From: Arcobacteraceae bacterium | GTDB taxonomy: Bacteria; Campylobacterota; Campylobacteria; Campylobacterales; Arcobacteraceae | Reading direction: 5' to 3' | Assembly (NCBI GenBank): GCA_048268245.1 | Contig: JBLWVX010000003.1 | Location: 64,001-128,000 of the forward strand | DNA length: 64,000 nucleotides | In this document: positions 1-10,557 of the stretch, piece after piece | Layout of the letters: each line of letters opens with the position of its first letter | Position numbering within the stretch: the stretch's first letter is position 1 | Position numbers and translations under genes: made by a program | The notes under the pieces: generated by a model | The model's input: the letters and a program-made list of their open reading frames with translations, nothing else | The model's database searches: none | What the model was told of the DNA's origin: nothing

Positions 1-70
1 CACCTATAATTATAAGGGTTGCAAAAAGAAAAATCCCTAACATAATTTGATCAATAAATGCTTTTTTCAT
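1..70 (-). CDS. Partial CDS (5' end only): N-terminal hydrophobic or pilin-like leader MKKAFIDQIMLGIFLFATLIIIG...
   Basis: Not in the ORF track. ATG at 70 on the minus strand, preceded by an AAGGA SD; the frame stays open to the window edge. Confidence 0.65.
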   Translation of the reverse strand, partial: MKKAFIDQIMLGIFLFATLIIIG

Positions 71-258
71 GACTATCCTTTCTTTATATATTATAGCATA
101 TAATTATTGATTTTCTAAATATTCTAATCTATTTGATTTGTTATAAATAACTTAAGTAAAGTCATAAAAACAGAATAAATAAGTATAAATAATTTTTAGT
201 AAAGATGATGAGTTTTTATTAAAATCTACTATTAATTTAATTAAGATATAATATCAAA

Positions 259-1692
259 ATGAAAAAGATATTGATAATTTTAGACGGTATTGTTGCTAAG
301 AAATTGATGCATAGAATTGTTGAAGCTAACACAAATGAAAATGCATATGATGTAATTTACATGAGTGATTTAATACTACCTGTTCAAAAGCCTTCAAACT
401 TTACTTTTTATAAATTTGATCCAACTTCAAAATCTAAATTATCTATGGTTTTAGATAAAAATATTCATACAGAAGTTTTAATTGCACTTAATTCAAAAGA
501 TGAGATGATAAGTGTAATAAAAAACATTAAAGAACATAAACAAAATCTTCAAATGAATGTTCTTGACTATTGGGGTTTAGAAGTAGATGATCCTTATGTA
601 AATATTTATAAAGGTATTGAAGTTTTAGCAAATGGAATGGTTGAAAGACTACCGAATATTCCCATTGTTGCCCAAAATATTGGTCTTAAGCAAGGTGAAA
701 TAATGGAGATTCGAATTCCATTTGGTAGTTCTTATGCTTATAGATATATAGGTTCAATTGAGCAAAAAAAATGGAAAATTTTTGCTTTATATAGAAACCA
801 ACAACTTCTTACTATTAAACCCTCACTTGTACTAAAACCAAATGATGTGATTTTAGTAGTTGGTAAACCTTATGTTTTAATGCAAGTATTCAATGCAATT
901 GGTAAAAACCAAGGGCAATTCCCTATGCCGTTTGGACATAATATTTATTTATATTTAGATTTATATTTACAAACAGAACAGAGTGTAAGAAAAGCTATTT
1001 TAGAAGCTAAATTTTTGAATCAAAGATTAAAAAATAGAAATTTAATAGTAAGAATCACAAGACCTACAACTGTTGGTATTATGAACTTCATCAAAGATGA
1101 ATTAAGACATTTTCCTTCAATTACATTAAGAATTGATTATGGGAATATGGGAATCTTTAAAATACTAAGAGAAGATTTTAGAAAATATGATATAGGTATG
1201 ATTATTTTAACTCAAGAGATGTTCAAAAATAAAGAAGCAATATCTAGTTTAATTGATTTTAAAGTACCTATTTTTAAACTAGGAAAAGAGAAGTTAAAAT
1301 CTGTAAAAAGTACAGTAGTAGTTTTAAATGATACTCCATCTTATGAGCAAATATCTCCTATGGTTTTTGATGTGGCAAGTCAAGTAAAAACAAAAACAAA
1401 AATTTTTGATTTAGACCCAGTTGGTGAAGAAGAAGATAAATCAAATCTTTTAGACCATTTTGAGAATCTTGCGAAAATTTTTAATGAAAAAGTTGAGATT
1501 ATTTCAAGTAGTGAGAACCCAATAAGAAAACTAAAAAAACAAAAAAATATGCTTCAAATTTTACCATTGAAAAAAGAGATGTTTAAAAAAAGGTTCTCTT
1601 TTAAGTATATTTATACAAATTCAGACTTTATATCGTTTGATATGAACCAATATAATCAACTTCTAATTCCAGTTGTTGAAGAGCAAAATTAA
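259..1692 (+). CDS. COG3400-family TrkA/RCK_C domain protein
   Basis: N-terminal Rossmann-like MKKILIILDG; RCK_C-like segment GEIMEIRIPFGSSYAYRYIGSI...LKPNDVILVVG. Confidence 0.75.
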   Translation: MKKILIILDGIVAKKLMHRIVEANTNENAYDVIYMSDLILPVQKPSNFTFYKFDPTSKSKLSMVLDKNIHTEVLIALNSKDEMISVIKNIKEHKQNLQMNVLDYWGLEVDDPYVNIYKGIEVLANGMVERLPNIPIVAQNIGLKQGEIMEIRIPFGSSYAYRYIGSIEQKKWKIFALYRNQQLLTIKPSLVLKPNDVILVVGKPYVLMQVFNAIGKNQGQFPMPFGHNIYLYLDLYLQTEQSVRKAILEAKFLNQRLKNRNLIVRITRPTTVGIMNFIKDELRHFPSITLRIDYGNMGIFKILREDFRKYDIGMIILTQEMFKNKEAISSLIDFKVPIFKLGKEKLKSVKSTVVVLNDTPSYEQISPMVFDVASQVKTKTKIFDLDPVGEEEDKSNLLDHFENLAKIFNEKVEIISSSENPIRKLKKQKNMLQILPLKKEMFKKRFSFKYIYTNSDFISFDMNQYNQLLIPVVEEQN

Positions 1693-1711
1693 ATTAAGGA
1701 TAAGTTTTATA

Positions 1712-2848
1712 ATGAATTTTGAAAAATACCCTTTTGAAAGGTTAAATGAACTATTAGCTGATGTAGTTCCAAATGAAGAATATGAATTATCAGCATTAAC
1801 TATAGGTGAGCCAAAGTTTGAAACACCTGGATTTATTCAAGAGACTTTAAAAGAAACAACATCTTCTTTAAAAAAATATCCTGCAAGTGCAGGTTTACCT
1901 GAGTTAAAACAAGCAATGGCAAATTTTGTAAAAGAGAGATTTGATGTTGATATTAAGCAAAGTGAAGTAATACCTACATTTGGTACAAGAGAAGCACTTT
2001 TTAATTTCCCACAATTTGCTCTTTTTGACAAAAAAAATCCAGTTATGGCGTTTACAAATCCTTTTTATCAGATTTATGAAGGAGCAGCAATTGCAAGTAG
2101 AGCTGAAGTTATTCATATAGATTTAACAAAAGAGAATAACTTTAAAGCCCAACTTAGTGATGAAGAGTTAAAAAGATGTGATTTAGTAATTTTAAATTTC
2201 CCAAATAATCCAACATCTGCTGAAATGACAAAAGAAGAGTTAGGGATATGGGTTAAAAAAGCTTTAGAGTTTGATTTTATTTTAATCAATGATGAGTGTT
2301 ATTCTGAAATATATTTTGATGAAAAAGATAAACCAGCTTCACTTTTAGAAGCAAGTATTGCAGTTGGAAATACAAGTTTTAAAAATGTACTTGTAATGAA
2401 CTCTATTTCAAAAAGAAGTTCAGCACCAGGTCTTAGATCAGGTTTTGTAGCAGGTGATGAAGAGATTTTAAAAGCTTATATGAAGTATAGAACTTATATA
2501 GGGTGTGCTTCTCCTATACCTTTACAAATAACTGCTGCAGTTGCTTGGAATAATAAAGAGCATGTTGATGAGTTTAGAGCAGTGTACAAAGAAAACTTTG
2601 AACTTGCAAAAGAGATTTTAGGAATAAACCCTCCAAAAGCAACTTTTTATATTTGGCTTGAAGTAAAAGATGAATTAGAGTTTACAAAAGAGCTTTACAG
2701 ACAAAAACATATAAAAGTTTTACCAGGAAGTTTCTTAGGAAGAAATGGTATTGGTAAAGGATATGTAAGAATTGCATTAGTTGAAAATGCGCAAAAAACT
2801 AAAGAGGTATTAACAAGATTAAAGGATTTTATTGATGGACAAAAATGA
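1712..2848 (+). CDS. dapC: Succinyldiaminopimelate transaminase (class I PLP aminotransferase)
   Basis: YPFERL N-terminus, NFPNNPT, DECYSEI, SISKRSSAPGLRSGF. Start moved to ATG 1712, after AAGGA at 1696-1700. Confidence 0.85.
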   Translation: MNFEKYPFERLNELLADVVPNEEYELSALTIGEPKFETPGFIQETLKETTSSLKKYPASAGLPELKQAMANFVKERFDVDIKQSEVIPTFGTREALFNFPQFALFDKKNPVMAFTNPFYQIYEGAAIASRAEVIHIDLTKENNFKAQLSDEELKRCDLVILNFPNNPTSAEMTKEELGIWVKKALEFDFILINDECYSEIYFDEKDKPASLLEASIAVGNTSFKNVLVMNSISKRSSAPGLRSGFVAGDEEILKAYMKYRTYIGCASPIPLQITAAVAWNNKEHVDEFRAVYKENFELAKEILGINPPKATFYIWLEVKDELEFTKELYRQKHIKVLPGSFLGRNGIGKGYVRIALVENAQKTKEVLTRLKDFIDGQK

Positions 2849-3416
2849 GTTAAATGAAGCAAGAACTAACCCTGAGTTTCTAAAATATTTGGAAGAAACT
2901 AGAGTTTCATCTATGGAAAATAAAAATATTTCAGCGATGTATGAAACACTTGATTCTATGCTTGTTCTTGGTTTAGATGAAGAAAAAATAAACTCTTTAT
3001 ATGAAGTTATTTTAAGAACTGCATTTGAAAATGTAGAAAAAATAGTAAATGAGAATAAAAAACTTGATTTAGTTGATAATAACTTACTATATGTAAGAGC
3101 TTTTTATGAACATGCAATTGAGAAATGGTCATACGATAACTTTGATGGAGCAAAAGAGTTAGTTTTTGTTTTAGCTAATATTATTGATGATGAAATTTTA
3201 GAGCAAGCATTAAATGTACTTTTAGTAGTTCTTGCTAAGAAAATCTCTTTAGATGACTTTTATGAAACAGAAGTAAATTTAGATACAAACAGTTCAAATG
3301 AAAAGTATGGATATTTTTTAGTTGACTTTAAATTTATTCCAAACAAGTTCTTAGAAGAGAATAAAGAGCTTTTACAAGAGCAATATAAAAAACTACAACC
3401 TTTACTGGATGCCTAG
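2835..3416 (+). CDS. Hypothetical helical protein, coupled between dapC and murC
   Basis: ORF overlaps the dapC stop and abuts murC; AAGGA precedes ATG 2835. Confidence 0.7.
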   Translation: MDKNELNEARTNPEFLKYLEETRVSSMENKNISAMYETLDSMLVLGLDEEKINSLYEVILRTAFENVEKIVNENKKLDLVDNNLLYVRAFYEHAIEKWSYDNFDGAKELVFVLANIIDDEILEQALNVLLVVLAKKISLDDFYETEVNLDTNSSNEKYGYFLVDFKFIPNKFLEENKELLQEQYKKLQPLLDA

Positions 3417-4721
3417 ATGAAAGTTCATTTTATTGGAATAGGTGGAATAGGACTTTCAGCCTTAGCTAGATTTTTAAAAAATGATGGTCATGAAGTATGT
3501 GGTTCGGATATGAAAAGTACTCCTATTACTAAAGAGTTAGAATGTGAGGGAATAAAAGTTTCATGTCCTCAGAATGCTTCAAATATTAGTGATGATTTAG
3601 ATTTAGTAATTTACTCAGCAGCAGTTACTGATGAAAATCCAGAGTTAATTGAGTCTAGACTTAAGCAAATTAGAACACTTTCAAGAAAAGAAGCCTTACC
3701 TATTATCTTAGGAGATAAAAAGAACTATTGTGTTGCAGGTGCCCATGGTAAATCAACTACGACAGCTATTTTGGCTTCTATTTTAGATAGTTCAGCATTA
3801 ATTGGTGCAATTTCAAAAGATTTTGGATCAAACTTTAGATATGTAAATGATTTAGTTACTTTTGAAGCAGATGAATCAGATGCTTCTTTTTTACTTTCAA
3901 ATCCTTACTGTTCAATTGTAACAAATGCAGAGCCTGAACATATGGAATACTATCAATATGATTATGATAAGTTTTTTCAAGCTTATGAAAAGTTTATAAA
4001 CTTAGGTGAGAGAAATGTACTAAATGGTGAAGATGAGTATATCAAAAAACTAAATATTAAAAATCCAAACTTTTTATATCCAAGTGCTGATATTAAAAAC
4101 TTATGTTTTTTACTAAAAGATGGAGAGCCTTTTACGAAATTTGATTTAAAAGACTTAGGTTCTTTTGAAGTTTGGGGTTTTGGTTATCATATTGCTTTAG
4201 ATGCTTCACTTGCTATTTTAGCAGCCCTAGAAGAGTTAGATGTAGAAACTATTAGAAAAAACCTTTTAAACTATAAAGGGATTAAAAAAAGATTTGATAT
4301 CGTTCAAAAACATGATAATATGGTAGTAATTGATGATTATGCCCATCATCCAACAGAAATCGAAGCTACTATGAAATCAGTTGAAGTTTATGACAATCTT
4401 ACAAATTTAGATAAAAGAATTGTGATTTGGCAACCTCATAAATACTCAAGAACACATGATAATTTAGAAGGTTTTAAAAGATGTTTTAGAAGATGTGATG
4501 AGTTAATAATACTTCCTATTTGGACAATTCCAGGTGAGGTTGTACTTGATATAGACTTTCAAAAAGAGTTTGCATCATACAATCCTACTTTTGTTGATAG
4601 ACTAAAAACAAGTGATGGAAAGATTGAACTTATTAAAGATGATAAGATTATTTCTGTTTTAGATGAAGGAATAATTTTAGGAGTTGGAGCAGGAGATATT
4701 ACTTATCAGTTAAGACATTGA
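3417..4721 (+). CDS. murC: UDP-N-acetylmuramate--L-alanine ligase
   Basis: HFIGIGGIGLS, GAHGKSTTT, EADESD, DDYAHHPTEI, QPHKYSR, GAGDI. Confidence 0.97.
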   Translation: MKVHFIGIGGIGLSALARFLKNDGHEVCGSDMKSTPITKELECEGIKVSCPQNASNISDDLDLVIYSAAVTDENPELIESRLKQIRTLSRKEALPIILGDKKNYCVAGAHGKSTTTAILASILDSSALIGAISKDFGSNFRYVNDLVTFEADESDASFLLSNPYCSIVTNAEPEHMEYYQYDYDKFFQAYEKFINLGERNVLNGEDEYIKKLNIKNPNFLYPSADIKNLCFLLKDGEPFTKFDLKDLGSFEVWGFGYHIALDASLAILAALEELDVETIRKNLLNYKGIKKRFDIVQKHDNMVVIDDYAHHPTEIEATMKSVEVYDNLTNLDKRIVIWQPHKYSRTHDNLEGFKRCFRRCDELIILPIWTIPGEVVLDIDFQKEFASYNPTFVDRLKTSDGKIELIKDDKIISVLDEGIILGVGAGDITYQLRH

Positions 4722-4800
4722 TTTGTTTTTTAACTAAAAATAAACATTTTTGTAATAGAATGATAACTAAAACCAACTATTTTAAAAAGGTGGAAATAAA

Positions 4801-5994
4801 ATGAAGGTTTTAGTTAGAAAATTTTTAAAAAATGAGTCTACCTCAGGTATTATATTAATGATAGTAACCTGTATTGCTTTGATTTTTAGTAATACATTTT
4901 TATCTGAATTTTATAATACCTTTTTACATACGCCAATTGTATTTAAAGTTGGTGATTTCTTAGATATATCAAAGCCCTTAATTCTTTGGGTAAATGATGG
5001 TTTAATGGCTATTTTCTTTTTACTTATTGGTTTAGAAATAAAAAGAGAGTTGATCTTAGGGCATTTATCCTCCTTTTCAAAAATAGCTCTTCCTGGTATT
5101 GCTGCAATTGGAGGGATGTTAGTTCCTGCACTATTTTTTGTTTTTTTTAATTATAATGATGATTTTGCTCTTAGGGGTTGGGCAATACCAACTGCTACAG
5201 ATATCGCTTTTGCATTGGGAATTGTAGCTCTTCTTGGAAATAGGGTACCAACTTCTCTTAAAATATTTTTGATGGCATTAGCTATATTTGATGATTTAGG
5301 TGCAATTTTAATTATTGCATTTTTCTATACTTCATCGCTATCTTTTGAATCATTGGCGTTAGCTTTATTTACTGTTGTTATTTTATATTTAATGAACAAA
5401 ATGCAAATTAAGCTTATCGGAGCATATTTAATTGTAGGTGTATTCTTATGGATATTTATTTTAAAATCAGGTGTTCATGCAACTTTAACAGGTATTATAT
5501 TAGCCTTTGCCATACCTTTAAATATGATAGATGAAGAAAAACATAAAAGAATCTCACCAGTAAAAACTTTACAACATCATATACATTTTTGGGTTGCTTT
5601 TTATGTTTTACCTATATTTGCTTTTGTAAATGCAGGAATTGATTTAAGGGATATGTCAATAGAGAAGATTTCAAATCCTGTTTCTTTAGGAATTATATTA
5701 GGTCTATTTTTAGGAAAGCAAATAGGGGTATTAACTTTTACTTATCTTGCAGTAAAACTAAAACTTGCAAAGCTTCCAAAATGTACAACTTGGATTCAAA
5801 TATATGGAATATCAGTATTAACTGGTATTGGGTTTACAATGAGTCTATTTATTGACTCACTAGCATATAGTGATTCTGATGCCTTTTTCTATACAGATAA
5901 ACTAGCTATTTTAATTGGTTCAGTTTTATCAGGAGTGTTAGGTTATTTAGTTTTAAGAATGACAAAAAGTAAAAAGCACTGTAGTGTAGACTAG
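4801..5994 (+). CDS. nhaA: Na+/H+ antiporter NhaA
   Basis: WVNDGLMAIFFLLIGLEIKRE, GWAIPTATDIAF, LAIFDDLGAI, GIGFTMSLFI. Confidence 0.97.
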   Translation: MKVLVRKFLKNESTSGIILMIVTCIALIFSNTFLSEFYNTFLHTPIVFKVGDFLDISKPLILWVNDGLMAIFFLLIGLEIKRELILGHLSSFSKIALPGIAAIGGMLVPALFFVFFNYNDDFALRGWAIPTATDIAFALGIVALLGNRVPTSLKIFLMALAIFDDLGAILIIAFFYTSSLSFESLALALFTVVILYLMNKMQIKLIGAYLIVGVFLWIFILKSGVHATLTGIILAFAIPLNMIDEEKHKRISPVKTLQHHIHFWVAFYVLPIFAFVNAGIDLRDMSIEKISNPVSLGIILGLFLGKQIGVLTFTYLAVKLKLAKLPKCTTWIQIYGISVLTGIGFTMSLFIDSLAYSDSDAFFYTDKLAILIGSVLSGVLGYLVLRMTKSKKHCSVD

Positions 5995-6776
5995 ATAATA
6001 GCAGAGTTTTTTACTTTACTTGGAGTATAACCTACATATTTTTTAAATATTTTTATCATATGAGACTGGTCAGTAAAACCACACTCATATGCTATATGAC
6101 TAAGTGGTAAGTTTTCTTTTTGAAGTTCTCTTATTTTTACTACTTTTTTTACTTGAATATATTGATTTACAGTTAGTCCTGTATGCTTTTTAAACTCTCT
6201 TAAAAAGTGATATTTAGATAGATTAACATGTGAAGCAATATCTTCAAGTTTTAAGTCTTGTCTGTATATATTTTCTTCTATATATTTAAAAGTCTCTTCT
6301 ATTTTGTTTTTATTTAAAGTAGAATTTTTAATCTCTTCTTGTTTTATGAGTGAGTGATATTGAAGTAGATTTTCTATCAAGTTTATAAGATTACTATCAA
6401 TTAAAATTTCATTTTCATTCTCTTTATCTAAGCTTTCATATAGCTCTTTAAATAGCATAATTGTCACTTCATCTTTTATAATATTTTCTAAATTAATGTT
6501 AAAATCTATTTCTTTTTGAAGTACAATTTTTGCTGTTTGTTCAAAAATATCTTTAGGAATTATTATGTTTAAATGTGACCAGGTACTTTTTTGAGTACTG
6601 TGGTATTCAAAAGGATTGATTATTTGAAGTGAGTTCTTCTTAGCATGTAAAGTGCCTTTTTCATTTACAAAAGTATGCACTCCCTCGTATACTAAACTTA
6701 TCGTATACTCTTCATGGAAGTGCTTATGCATAGTTATATCTTTAAAATGATTGTTTATATAAAAAATCTTGGACAT
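5991..6776 (-). CDS. AraC-family transcriptional regulator (cupin plus double HTH)
   Basis: KHFHEEY cupin motif; LSKYHFLREFKK; IAYECGFTDQSHM. Confidence 0.92.
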   Translation of the reverse strand: MSKIFYINNHFKDITMHKHFHEEYTISLVYEGVHTFVNEKGTLHAKKNSLQIINPFEYHSTQKSTWSHLNIIIPKDIFEQTAKIVLQKEIDFNINLENIIKDEVTIMLFKELYESLDKENENEILIDSNLINLIENLLQYHSLIKQEEIKNSTLNKNKIEETFKYIEENIYRQDLKLEDIASHVNLSKYHFLREFKKHTGLTVNQYIQVKKVVKIRELQKENLPLSHIAYECGFTDQSHMIKIFKKYVGYTPSKVKNSAII

Positions 6777-6778
6777 TT

Positions 6779-7348
6779 TTACCTTTGTAAAACTCTCTTT
6801 TTTGTATCATATACTAGTTCATAGTAATTGTTATTATTGTATTGAAATTCTTGTATTACTTCAAGTCCAAGCTTTCTTTTATGAGCTTCAAATGATCTTG
6901 GGTTTAATTTATTCACAAAAGTAACTAAGATTTCATACTTTTTTGACATATAATCAATAGCAAAATCAAATAGCTTTTCTAATACTCCTGAACCTCTTAC
7001 TTTTTTGTCTACACATACAGGACCATACTGATATGAGTTATCTACAGTAATCTTTTTGTCATTATATGTAAGGTTTGGTAAGTCTTCAATCATAAAAGCA
7101 AACATAGGCCATTTTGACCAGTACTGCCATGAAGCAGACATAACATATGCTAAAACTTCATCATTTTCATTTACTGCAATGAATATACCTTGCTCTTTAT
7201 TTATAATATCTTCTAGTTGTTCTTTAGTAAATGCAGTTGTTACAAAACCATCTTTCTTGTCATCTTCTTGTATTGAATCTATTTGATATTTATTATGTAG
7301 TTTTAAAATTGAATCAACATCTTTAATTTTGGCTACTTTTAAATGCAT
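6779..7348 (-). CDS. GNAT-family N-acetyltransferase
   Basis: GPVCVDKKVRGSG acetyl-CoA motif, N..S..AH..KLG; co-oriented with araC, 2 nt apart. Confidence 0.8.
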   Translation of the reverse strand: MHLKVAKIKDVDSILKLHNKYQIDSIQEDDKKDGFVTTAFTKEQLEDIINKEQGIFIAVNENDEVLAYVMSASWQYWSKWPMFAFMIEDLPNLTYNDKKITVDNSYQYGPVCVDKKVRGSGVLEKLFDFAIDYMSKKYEILVTFVNKLNPRSFEAHKRKLGLEVIQEFQYNNNNYYELVYDTKKRVLQR

Positions 7349-7396
7349 TTTAGGTCCTTAATTTTTTATGTATGATATTTAAATATAAAAAATTTA

Positions 7397-7414
7397 TATA
7401 GTAAAATATTGCTT
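7397..7414 (-). promoter_or_regulatory. Putative activator box (copy 1), AAGCAATATTTTACTATA, upstream of GNAT-araC
   Basis: 19 nt upstream of -10 TATCAT (7377-7372); similar boxes at 27545 and 63519. Confidence 0.6.
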
Positions 7415-7415
7415 A

Positions 7416-8192
7416 TTATAAAACAAAAACTTTTCCATTTTTAATTTCTATTTTTCCTGATAGCTCATATTCAAAAACTTTATCATTATATTTTGCTACA
7501 GCTTCATCATATAATGGTGAACTCTGACAAAATTCCAAGAAATCATCTTTTGATGGTACTATAGAGGAAGTATTTGTAAATTCATTTATAAACTTATCTA
7601 AGTCATATATGGGTTCAATCAAACCTTTTTGAACAAGCTCTTGTGTTCCTAAGCTTTCATTTATTCTATGGGGTAGGGTATATACTTTTTTGCCCATTTC
7701 AAGTGCGTAATCAACAGAAGTAAGACTACCAGAGTTTAAATCTGCTTGTGTGACAATTAGAACTTCTCCTAAGGCTACAACTATTTCATTTCTTAGTACA
7801 AAAGTATAATTTCGTGCTTTTTGTTTTTCTTCATATGCAGATAAAACTAAACCTTTTTGTTCAATACTTGCTATTAAGTTTTTATTCACAGTAGGATATC
7901 TTATATCCAAACCATTTGCAACAACTGCTATTGTTTTATAATCTTGAGAAGCTTTATGTGCTATCGCATCAACACCCATAGCAGCACCACTTACAATAGT
8001 TGCACCATGCAAAGAGAGTTTTGAAGAGAGTTTATGAGTAAACTCTTTTGTATATGAATTGGGTTTTCTTGTACCTACTATAGAAATCATAGGAGTTTGT
8101 AGAAGTTGGGTATTTCCAATAGAAAAAAGTTGATGAGGGTACTTTTTCATATTTTTTAATTGGGGGATTTTAAAATCAATAGTTTTAATCAT
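7416..8192 (-). CDS. dprA: DNA-processing protein DprA
   Basis: SIVGTRKP, VSGAAMGVDAIAH, F..RNEIVVAL, A...SGSL. Confidence 0.95.
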   Translation of the reverse strand: MIKTIDFKIPQLKNMKKYPHQLFSIGNTQLLQTPMISIVGTRKPNSYTKEFTHKLSSKLSLHGATIVSGAAMGVDAIAHKASQDYKTIAVVANGLDIRYPTVNKNLIASIEQKGLVLSAYEEKQKARNYTFVLRNEIVVALGEVLIVTQADLNSGSLTSVDYALEMGKKVYTLPHRINESLGTQELVQKGLIEPIYDLDKFINEFTNTSSIVPSKDDFLEFCQSSPLYDEAVAKYNDKVFEYELSGKIEIKNGKVFVL

Positions 8193-8232
8193 AACAACTC
8201 TTTATAATAAAGTAAGTTATTATATCAATATT

Positions 8233-9330
8233 TTATAAATAAGGCAATTCGTTTACAAAAATTATCTCTAAGCCTTTAAGAAGATGTTTAGATTCTTTTA
8301 AAACTTTAATAGTCATAGAATGAGGATGTCCAATAGCTATTGCATAACCTCTTTTTTTGGCTATTTTAATTGCTTTTTTTAGTTGGTTTTGAATATAAGC
8401 ATACTCTTTTTTATTATCTATAAAAGTGTTTCTTACTATATAAGGCATATTGTACTTTTCAGCCATTTTTTTAGCAACCGATTTAGCAGTTGTTCTACTA
8501 TCTACAAAGATGAAATTATATTTTTTTAAAGCTCTAAATAGTTTATCCATAGCTTCTTCATTTTGTGTAAATACTGAACCTGTATGATTATTTGTAAATA
8601 TAACATTAGGGTACCATTTTCTTAAGTTTTTAACTCTTTGTTCTATTTGCTCATATGTATGAGTGATTTTTAGAGTATTTTTTTCAGGACCCTTGAATTT
8701 ACTAGATGCTTGCATAGGAAAATGAATCATATGAAAAGGTAAATCTTGAGCAATTTTTGCTGAATTAGGATGACTTTTTGTAGGAGGTAAAAATGCCATA
8801 TTAACTTTATAACCTATATCTAAGATAGCTTTTTTTTGTCTAGATGAGCTTACATCATCAATCATAATAACTATTTTTGGTTTACTTACCCCATCATATT
8901 TATATAAAGATTTTTTCAAGAACTTAGACTTATCATCTTTCTTTACTTCTTCTTTTTGTTTTATTACTTCTTTTACTAAAGGTATCTGCTCTTCTTTTTT
9001 TTCTTCAAGTTTTTCTTTAATAATTTTTATTGGCTTATCAATATGGTCTTTATTAAATTCTTGAGTATATTCTTCAAAGGCATTTTTAGGATCTTCTTCT
9101 AATTTGAAAAATTCATCAAGCTTTTTTTCTTGAAACTGTTTAACGCTTTTTTCTTCTACTATATTTTTAGGAGTATCTTTTTTTTCATTTTGCATAATAA
9201 AATAGCTAAGAGCTGAAGCTATAAATGCAAATAAAAATACTAATAAAAATATATTTATTAGTTTTACTTTTGATATATTATTTTTTTTTGGTGATTTTTT
9301 TCTAGTTTTTTTAGTCATAGAAGAGAGCAA
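8233..9330 (-). CDS. Divergent polysaccharide deacetylase (YibQ-like) with N-terminal membrane anchor
   Basis: IMIDDV, HFPMQ, NNHTGS, FVDSRT, AIAIGHP; true start may be ATG 9318. Confidence 0.88.
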   Translation of the reverse strand: MLSSMTKKTRKKSPKKNNISKVKLINIFLLVFLFAFIASALSYFIMQNEKKDTPKNIVEEKSVKQFQEKKLDEFFKLEEDPKNAFEEYTQEFNKDHIDKPIKIIKEKLEEKKEEQIPLVKEVIKQKEEVKKDDKSKFLKKSLYKYDGVSKPKIVIMIDDVSSSRQKKAILDIGYKVNMAFLPPTKSHPNSAKIAQDLPFHMIHFPMQASSKFKGPEKNTLKITHTYEQIEQRVKNLRKWYPNVIFTNNHTGSVFTQNEEAMDKLFRALKKYNFIFVDSRTTAKSVAKKMAEKYNMPYIVRNTFIDNKKEYAYIQNQLKKAIKIAKKRGYAIAIGHPHSMTIKVLKESKHLLKGLEIIFVNELPYL

Positions 9331-9357
9331 TTTAAGGAAGTGAAACTCCCTTAAATT
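9329..9357 (-). terminator. Hairpin after ilvC
   Basis: Minus strand AATTTAAGGGAGT-TTC-ACTTCCTTAAATT; weak U-tract. Confidence 0.55.
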
Positions 9358-9363
9358 ATATTA

Positions 9364-10389
<1,026 letters not shown>

Positions 10390-10557
10390 TTAACCCTCAG
10401 TAAAAATTTTTGTAATTATATCAAAAAAAACTGAAAGTTTAGGAAAAGTAGAAAAAATTGACCATTTAGTCTAAATAATTACATCTTAATAACATTAATT
10501 CAATAGAAATTTAGATAAAATAAATATTAAAAATTAGAAAAATAAGGAAGCTATAAA

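Noticed and set aside
9281..9289. A9 tract near the start of the deacetylase gene as a phase-variation site
   Set aside because: In frame, encodes Lys-Lys-Asn; A/T runs are common in this AT-rich window; no poly-G/C tracts were seen
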